From an uncultured Treponema sp. (GTDB lineage Bacteria > Spirochaetota > Spirochaetia > Treponematales > Treponemataceae), in contig CAYSEA010000001.1 of assembly GCA_964429975.1 (NCBI GenBank), positions 52,096 through 116,095 of the forward strand: a stretch of DNA of 64,000 nt, read 5' to 3'. Below are positions 58,300 through 64,000 of the stretch, piece by piece. The notes under the pieces were generated by a model. That model saw nothing but the letters and a program-made list of their open reading frames with translations, had not been told where the DNA came from and searched no databases. The translations under genes were made by a program, and so were the position numbers. The stretch's first letter is position 1; every line of letters begins with the position of its first letter.

Positions 58300-59370
58300 T
58301 TATTCTACCGGAAGGGAAAGAGCGCCCGAGGAAATTCGCGAGACGAGTTCTTCCATGCGCGCGCGTAGCTCGGGCGGTACCGTCGCCATGTAGCCCGCGT
58401 CGTCCGAAACGAAGGAGACGTACCCGTCGCGAAGGCCGACCGTCGAGGGCACGCCTTTCGCGAGCGTGCCAAGTATCCACGCCGAGGTTTTCTCTCGCGC
58501 GAGGCGCTCCTGCGCCATGACCGCGCTCGACACGACGAGGCCCGGCGCCTTCGCGTAGCCGTTGTCGTCGAACCAGGCGAGATAGAAGAGGGCGTCCTTC
58601 GCCGCTGAGACGACTCCCTGGTTCGCGCCGCCCGAGATCGGCATAATGACGTCGCATCCGGTCCGTTTCATCGAGCGGGCGAGATCGGCGGCCTTGGCCG
58701 CGTCGTACCAGTTGCCGACCACGCGGAAGTCCGCGCGAAACGCCGGATCGACGGCGCGCGCGCCCTCGAGGTAGGCGGGCAGTATAATGCCGGTCATCGC
58801 GGGATATTCCTGCCCCGCGATGAGGCCGATGACCTTTTCTTTATTAGCGTGCGCGAGGGAGCTCTGACTGACGAGCGCCGCCATGTAGCCCGAGATATAC
58901 GCCTGCTCGCGCTGATTATATCTGAACGTCGTGATCTTTTGGTTTCCGGAATGCCATGCGTCGAAAATGAGGAATTCCTGATTCGGAAACCGCTCCGCTA
59001 TCGGCTCGACGATCTCGGGCATCGCGGGGTTCGAGGTGACGATGAGCGCGTGCTTTCCTTCCGCCGCGAGGGCCATCATCCGCGTTCCCCAGTCAGCCTG
59101 TCGCGGTCCCGCCTCTATCACCGAGAGGCTCACTTGCTCCCCGCGGGCTTTCGCCTCGTTGACCGCGTTCGTAACGCCCGCGACGAGCATTTCGTACACG
59201 GGGCTTCCCGACACGATGCCGGGAACGAAAACGGCGATCGATCGCTCGGCCGGTCGCTCGCGAGAGCTGGCCGGTCGCTCGCGCGATCCGGACGCGTGGG
59301 CAAGCGGGGCAAGAGATGGTAACAAAAGCGCGATAACAACCAATACGCGCGCGATTCGTCGTGTGTTCAT
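58300..59370 (-). CDS. BMP-family ABC substrate-binding protein
   Basis: AGGAGG RBS; signal peptide; EQAYISGYMAA, YLEGARAVDP and GNWYDAAKA motifs. Confidence 0.9.
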   Translation of the reverse strand: MNTRRIARVLVVIALLLPSLAPLAHASGSRERPASSRERPAERSIAVFVPGIVSGSPVYEMLVAGVTNAVNEAKARGEQVSLSVIEAGPRQADWGTRMMALAAEGKHALIVTSNPAMPEIVEPIAERFPNQEFLIFDAWHSGNQKITTFRYNQREQAYISGYMAALVSQSSLAHANKEKVIGLIAGQEYPAMTGIILPAYLEGARAVDPAFRADFRVVGNWYDAAKAADLARSMKRTGCDVIMPISGGANQGVVSAAKDALFYLAWFDDNGYAKAPGLVVSSAVMAQERLAREKTSAWILGTLAKGVPSTVGLRDGYVSFVSDDAGYMATVPPELRARMEELVSRISSGALSLPVE

Positions 59371-59432
59371 CCGATCCTCCTGCAAGCAGAATAAATATAG
59401 TAAAAATGGCCGGGTTATGCTACTCTAAACCC

Positions 59433-60218
59433 ATGATAGGTTTTTTCGTCAAAAAAGCCCTGTACGACGGATGGGATTCCCTGCTGTCGATACTTGCCCT
59501 TAACCTGTTGTTTCTTGCGGTCGCCTTCGGCGGATTCTTTCTCGTCGATATGCTCGTTCGCGTTCCGCCCGTCGCCGTCGCCGCGGGTATACTCACGGTG
59601 TCCGCGCTCGGAGTGTTCGCGCTCGGCCTTTCGCTTTCCTTCGCGCGAGTGGCGGCCTTTAAGAGTTTCTCCTGGAAGGACGTGCCCCGTGACCTTCTCG
59701 CGGCCATTCCGCACGGAATCGCCCTCGCGCTCTCGGCGTGCGTCCTCGCCGTTGTGTTTTCCGTCGCGCTTCCGTACTATCACGCGATCGGCGGCCGCAT
59801 CGGGTTCGCGCTCTTCGCGCTTATGGTCTGGATAGCGCTCATCGTGCTTTTGTCGCTTCAGTGGTTTTTGCCGATCAGGTCTCAGCTCGACCGGCGCTTT
59901 CTCAAGTGCGTCAAGAAAAGCTTCGTAATCTTTTTCGACAATCCCGGGATTTCCCTCTTTTTATTCGGCTATTCGATCGCCCTCGGCATTATCTCGCTGG
60001 CGACGTTCTTCATGATACCCGGCGTGTTTGGCGTCGTTCTCGCGCAAAACGAGGCGTTTCGCCTGCTCATGCACAAATACGATTGGATCGAGAAGCATCC
60101 CGAGCTCGAGTATCGCGTCGCGCGAAAAGCGGTTCCGTGGGCCGAATTAATCGCCGACGAGCGCGAGACCCTCGGCGATCGCAGTTTCCGCCACTTCATC
60201 TTTCCCTGGAAGGACTGA
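59433..60218 (+). CDS. Hypothetical integral membrane protein
   Basis: About 6 TM helices; ends FIFPWKD. Confidence 0.75.
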   Translation: MIGFFVKKALYDGWDSLLSILALNLLFLAVAFGGFFLVDMLVRVPPVAVAAGILTVSALGVFALGLSLSFARVAAFKSFSWKDVPRDLLAAIPHGIALALSACVLAVVFSVALPYYHAIGGRIGFALFALMVWIALIVLLSLQWFLPIRSQLDRRFLKCVKKSFVIFFDNPGISLFLFGYSIALGIISLATFFMIPGVFGVVLAQNEAFRLLMHKYDWIEKHPELEYRVARKAVPWAELIADERETLGDRSFRHFIFPWKD

Positions 60219-60226
60219 CCGGGCGA

Positions 60227-61132
60227 TTATCCCCGCTTCGGCTTTCCCTTGCCCGCGCCGCTTCCGTCGGGAATAAACTTGCTCCCGTTCGCGTAACGGC
60301 CCGCGCGCCTGATCGGCGTGAGTCCCTCGGCGATCGCGTCCCCTTTCGAGTCTTTCCGATCGGCCTTTCTTGCGCCGGCGCTTTTTTTGGGGGCCATCGG
60401 TTTTTTCGGAACCGCGCTTTTTTTGGCGTCCTTCTTTTTCAGCGCCTTCGCGAAGCTTGCCGGTTCCGGGATTTCGAAGCGCATCTCCTGCCCGGTAAAG
60501 GGATGAAGAAACGCGAGAGCCCGCGCGTGGAGCGCGAGTCGGTCGATTATGGCCCCGTCGGCCAGGCCTGAGCCATATACCTCGTCGCCCGCCACCGGAT
60601 GGCCAAGGTGCGCCATGTGCACCCTGATCTGGTTCTTACGGCCCGTTTCGAGGTCGCACTCGACGAGGTCGCACGTCGCACCGCGCTCGAGTACGCGGTA
60701 TCTGGTTACCGCCCGCTCGCTCACCTTGATGGAATCCTCGTCCTTGCCCGTCGGTACGAAACCGACGTCGTGCTTATTGTACGAGATGGGCAGGTCGATC
60801 GTCCCTTCGTCGTCGAGTTTTTCCGCGCCGGGCGCGCGAACGCACACGCAGCGGTAGCGACGCTCCTGTACCATTTCTTGCCATTCGTCCATGATTTTTC
60901 CCGCGGCCGCCGCCGAGCAGGCGAACATCATGACGCCCGACGTCTCGCGGTCGAGTCGGTGGACGGCCGTGATGCGCCGCTTCCCGCGGCTTCGGTAGCG
61001 CTCCTCGAGCGCGTCGAGGGCCGTCTGCCCCCGAAAGCCCGGATAGCCGACCGAAAGCATTCCCTCCGGCTTGTTGACGACGATAATCCACTCGTCCTCG
61101 TGCAGTATCCCGAGTCCTCCCGCCTTTTCCAT
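60227..61132 (-). CDS. RluA-family pseudouridine synthase
   Basis: NKPEG, HRLDRETSG, TGRKNQIRVH, GDEVYG and LALHA motifs; Lys-rich tail. Confidence 0.96.
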   Translation of the reverse strand: MEKAGGLGILHEDEWIIVVNKPEGMLSVGYPGFRGQTALDALEERYRSRGKRRITAVHRLDRETSGVMMFACSAAAAGKIMDEWQEMVQERRYRCVCVRAPGAEKLDDEGTIDLPISYNKHDVGFVPTGKDEDSIKVSERAVTRYRVLERGATCDLVECDLETGRKNQIRVHMAHLGHPVAGDEVYGSGLADGAIIDRLALHARALAFLHPFTGQEMRFEIPEPASFAKALKKKDAKKSAVPKKPMAPKKSAGARKADRKDSKGDAIAEGLTPIRRAGRYANGSKFIPDGSGAGKGKPKRG

Positions 61133-61133
61133 G

Positions 61134-62804
61134 CTAACGCCTCCGGTATCGTTCGACGATTTCAGACAGAATCGGCATCAGCTGTTTTTTGCGCGACACG
61201 ACGTCCCTGAGGACGTAGACCGATTCTTCCATGCGCGGCAGACCGATGGTTTGCTCGAACGCCTTCTCGGCCGAGACGACGAGGAGGCTCGAAAGCTCGG
61301 TGATGTCGGTGACGAGGACCGCGCAAAAAAGGTGACCGCCGCGCTCGCGCTGCGCGTCGAGGGCCTCGAGAAACTCGCCCTTGCGCTCGAGAAGCCCGTG
61401 CGGCTCCTCGACCTCGATCTGACTGACGGTAAAGGTCAGTCCGTCTTCCTCGTATCGCTTCATGTCCTGCATGACGAGATCCGGGACGGGTCGCGCGGAC
61501 ACGTTGCTCGCCGCGGAAAGGAGGTCGCGGCCGAGGGAGGCGACGTCGATGTTCGTGATGCTTGCGAGGTATTCCGCCGTCATGCGGTCCTCTTCCGTCG
61601 TCGTCGCCGACTGAAGGACGAGCGTGTCCGCGAGGATTCCCGAAAGGAGTATCGACGCGATCTCGGGGCTCATCGGCACGTGCTGCTCGCGGAAGAGCCC
61701 GGCGACGATCGTGCTCGTCGCCCCGACGGGCTTATTGATGAAGGTGATCGGCTGGCGCGTCGCGAGGGGCCCGAGCCGGTGGTGGTCGATGATCTCGAGC
61801 ACGCGATAGTGCTCGGCGCCTTCGATCGCCTGCGAGGGCTCATTGTGGTCGACGAGTATCAGCTCGACGTTCGGCTCGCGGTAGAGGTCTCCCTCGGAGA
61901 CGACGCCGACGACGATGCCCTCGTCGTCCACGACCGGAAGGCTCTTGCCGGGGGCTGTCGCGAGGAGCGGCGCGATTTTCCGCGTAGTGTCGTTTCGGTT
62001 TACGGGCTTCACGAGCGCGTTCGAGACGCAGGCTACCGGCATCGAATAGATGATGAGAAGGGACGTCGACGCGGTGTCGTAGGGGCTGATGAGTACCGAT
62101 ACTCCGTTCTTCTCGGCCTCCTCGCGAAGCTCGCGGGCGATCGGCGTTCCGCTCGTGATGATGAGCGCGCGCACCTTTCGCTCGATCGCGTGCCGCTGTA
62201 CGTCGACCCGGTTTCCCACGATCACGATCGTGCTTTCGGGTATGTGCGCCGCGAGGTGCTCGGTAAACGTCCCGTACTCGGCGGCCGCGATGATGACGGG
62301 GCTTTTCCTGACGAGCTCGGCGTCGCGCACGACGAGGGCCTGCGTGTGCAGGGCCGACGCCAAAAGGGAGATGCTCGTCTCTATGATCGTCTTTTGCCTC
62401 GGGTTGATCATTCGGAGCACCTTCTGCGCGAAGGAGCTGTAATGGAGGAGGGAGTGGTACTTGCCGACGGAGTCGGTGACGGGAAGGACGCGAACCTCGC
62501 TTTTTTCGAGGATTTCCATCGCCTCCCAGAGGGACGTTTCGTCCGTGATGGTCCGCACGTCGGGGTTAAAGAAATACTCGATTTTCGGCACGAGGTCGGG
62601 CAAGAACTCGGGAAGCGGCACGCCGAAACGCGTGAATATGTATTCCGTCTGCGGGGTCGGTTTTCCCGCGCGCGCCGCTACGTAGTGCTCCGCGCCGCCC
62701 GCGCGCTTGAGAGCGGCGTAGGCAGCGGCCGAGACGACTGAGTCAGTGTCGGGATTTCGGTGTCCGATCACGTACACCTTTTTGGTTTTTGCGTTGGTTT
62801 CCAT
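61134..62804 (-). CDS. ppaC: Mn-dependent inorganic pyrophosphatase with CBS/DRTGG insert
   Basis: GHRNPDTDS, LVDHNE, IDHH and VVSRKKQ motifs; CBS pair. Confidence 0.96.
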   Translation of the reverse strand: METNAKTKKVYVIGHRNPDTDSVVSAAAYAALKRAGGAEHYVAARAGKPTPQTEYIFTRFGVPLPEFLPDLVPKIEYFFNPDVRTITDETSLWEAMEILEKSEVRVLPVTDSVGKYHSLLHYSSFAQKVLRMINPRQKTIIETSISLLASALHTQALVVRDAELVRKSPVIIAAAEYGTFTEHLAAHIPESTIVIVGNRVDVQRHAIERKVRALIITSGTPIARELREEAEKNGVSVLISPYDTASTSLLIIYSMPVACVSNALVKPVNRNDTTRKIAPLLATAPGKSLPVVDDEGIVVGVVSEGDLYREPNVELILVDHNEPSQAIEGAEHYRVLEIIDHHRLGPLATRQPITFINKPVGATSTIVAGLFREQHVPMSPEIASILLSGILADTLVLQSATTTEEDRMTAEYLASITNIDVASLGRDLLSAASNVSARPVPDLVMQDMKRYEEDGLTFTVSQIEVEEPHGLLERKGEFLEALDAQRERGGHLFCAVLVTDITELSSLLVVSAEKAFEQTIGLPRMEESVYVLRDVVSRKKQLMPILSEIVERYRRR

Positions 62805-62861
62805 AGATGGTACTCAAAAGTATACACTATTTGGCGGCTTTCGGGTACAATGGCGCCCATC

Positions 62862-63491
62862 ATGATTTCGCTTGTCGCTTTTCTCGGCAATCACGGTAAA
62901 AAATACGAGGGAAACCGCCACAACGTCGCCTGGCTCTTCGCCGACTCCCTTTCCCTCGCGTCGACGCTTTCCTGGCAGTCGAAGTTTCGGGGATCGTACG
63001 CGCCGTTTCAGGTAGCCGCCGCCGGTACTTCAGCCGCCGACCCTTCGGCGGTCGGTAGTCGCCGCATCGTGCATTTTATAAAACCCGAAACCTACATGAA
63101 TCTCTCGGGCGAGAGCATGGCGGAAGTAGCCTCATTTTATCGCGTCAAACCCGAGGAAATCCTCGTCGTGCACGACGAGCTCGAGCTTCCGTGCGGCACG
63201 GTGAGCCTCAAGTGGTCGGGCGGATTGGGCGGACACAACGGCCTCCGGTCGGCGAAAGCCTCTCTCGGTACGGCTGATTTTTGGCGTCTTCGCTTCGGCA
63301 TCGGCCGACCCGACCACGCGGACGTCGCCGCATACGTGCTGTCGAATTTTTCCGGCGACGAGCGGATCGGCCTCTCGCTTGCCTTTGACGCGGCCGAATC
63401 CCTCTTCGCGGGGATTCTCCGGGACGGCCCCGAATCCTATCTTAAGGAATGGGCTAAAAAGGCCGTGACAGACTGCACTAAAGGACGGTAA
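62862..63491 (+). CDS. pth: Peptidyl-tRNA hydrolase
   Basis: LGN, RHNV, KPETYMNLSG, HDELEL, GGHNGLRS and RFGIGRP motifs. Confidence 0.97.
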   Translation: MISLVAFLGNHGKKYEGNRHNVAWLFADSLSLASTLSWQSKFRGSYAPFQVAAAGTSAADPSAVGSRRIVHFIKPETYMNLSGESMAEVASFYRVKPEEILVVHDELELPCGTVSLKWSGGLGGHNGLRSAKASLGTADFWRLRFGIGRPDHADVAAYVLSNFSGDERIGLSLAFDAAESLFAGILRDGPESYLKEWAKKAVTDCTKGR

Positions 63492-63495
63492 TCGA

Positions 63496-64000
63496 ATGGA
63501 TACGCGCGAAACGGACAAGATATTGGGAGATGCGGCCCCGCCCGAGGCGCTGGAGGCCTTCGGCCGTCTCTATCGGACGATCAGGCGACTGCGGAGCCCG
63601 GGCGGTTGTCCCTGGGACATCGAGCAAACGCCCCTTTCGCTCAGGGAAACCCTCATTGAGGAATCGTACGAGACGGTGGAGGCCATTACCGAGGGCGACG
63701 ACGCGCATGTGTGCGAGGAGCTCGGGGACGTCTTTCTTAACGCGACGATGCTTTCGTATATGTACGAACAGGCCGGAACCTTTTCGGTCACTGACGCGCT
63801 TTCGACCGTCTCGGATAAATTGATCAGGCGGCATCCGCACGTGTTCGGCCAGACGGAAGGCTTCGCCGGGCCCGGTTCCGACGGCCGTACCGACACCGCC
63901 GACAAGGTGCTCGCGCAATGGGACCTTATCAAGCGCGGCGTCGAGGGGCGGTCGGCGGATTCGATCCTTGACGAGGTGTCCCGCGGAATGCCCGCCCTCG
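63496..64000 (+). CDS. mazG: Nucleoside triphosphate pyrophosphohydrolase MazG (runs off window)
   Basis: Manual translation: LRSPGGCPWDIEQT...LIEESYE...EELGD...KLIRRHPHVFG. Confidence 0.95.
   Translation, partial: MDTRETDKILGDAAPPEALEAFGRLYRTIRRLRSPGGCPWDIEQTPLSLRETLIEESYETVEAITEGDDAHVCEELGDVFLNATMLSYMYEQAGTFSVTDALSTVSDKLIRRHPHVFGQTEGFAGPGSDGRTDTADKVLAQWDLIKRGVEGRSADSILDEVSRGMPAL

Noticed and set aside
61071-62741. Long antisense ORFs (also 242-1747, 34819-36237, 42870-44141, 45120-46295)
   Set aside because: Shadow frames of well-supported genes, expected in high-GC DNA.
63496-64000. MazG as an anti-phage system
   Set aside because: Housekeeping-type MazG N-terminus next to pth, with no defence context visible.

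Overview
GC-rich chromosomal window, most likely from a treponeme-like spirochaete (class I LysRS, BMP-family ABC system, spirochaete-type lipoproteins, ODP-like di-iron domain; the taxonomy is inference). About 50 CDSs: pstSCA, gnd, deoD, alr, an iorA/iorB-paaK-ACT aryl-acid cluster interrupted by an M3 oligopeptidase, a two-component system, lysS, GH43, a nucleoside-type ABC system, rluA-like, CBS-PPase, pth and a partial mazG, plus tRNA-Leu(CAG). No integrase, transposase, prophage or CRISPR-Cas was found. Best candidates for undescribed biology: (1) a three-gene operon of an ODP-like di-iron sensor fused to pseudo-GGDEF and pseudo-receiver domains, a HEAT-repeat/processive GT2 synthase and an outer-membrane barrel, possibly an O2/Fe-gated exopolysaccharide system (21347-26689); (2) a six-gene operon of two lipoproteins and a divergent Opp/Dpp-like ABC transporter, opposite a YD-repeat protein and a two-component system; (3) stacked ORF-less structured modules bounded by copies of the tRNA-Leu 3' end; (4) frequent apparent leaderless initiation; (5) candidate cis elements (a Pho-box-like repeat pair, an RBS-sequestering deoD leader). 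All calls come from reading motifs by eye; no searches were run.
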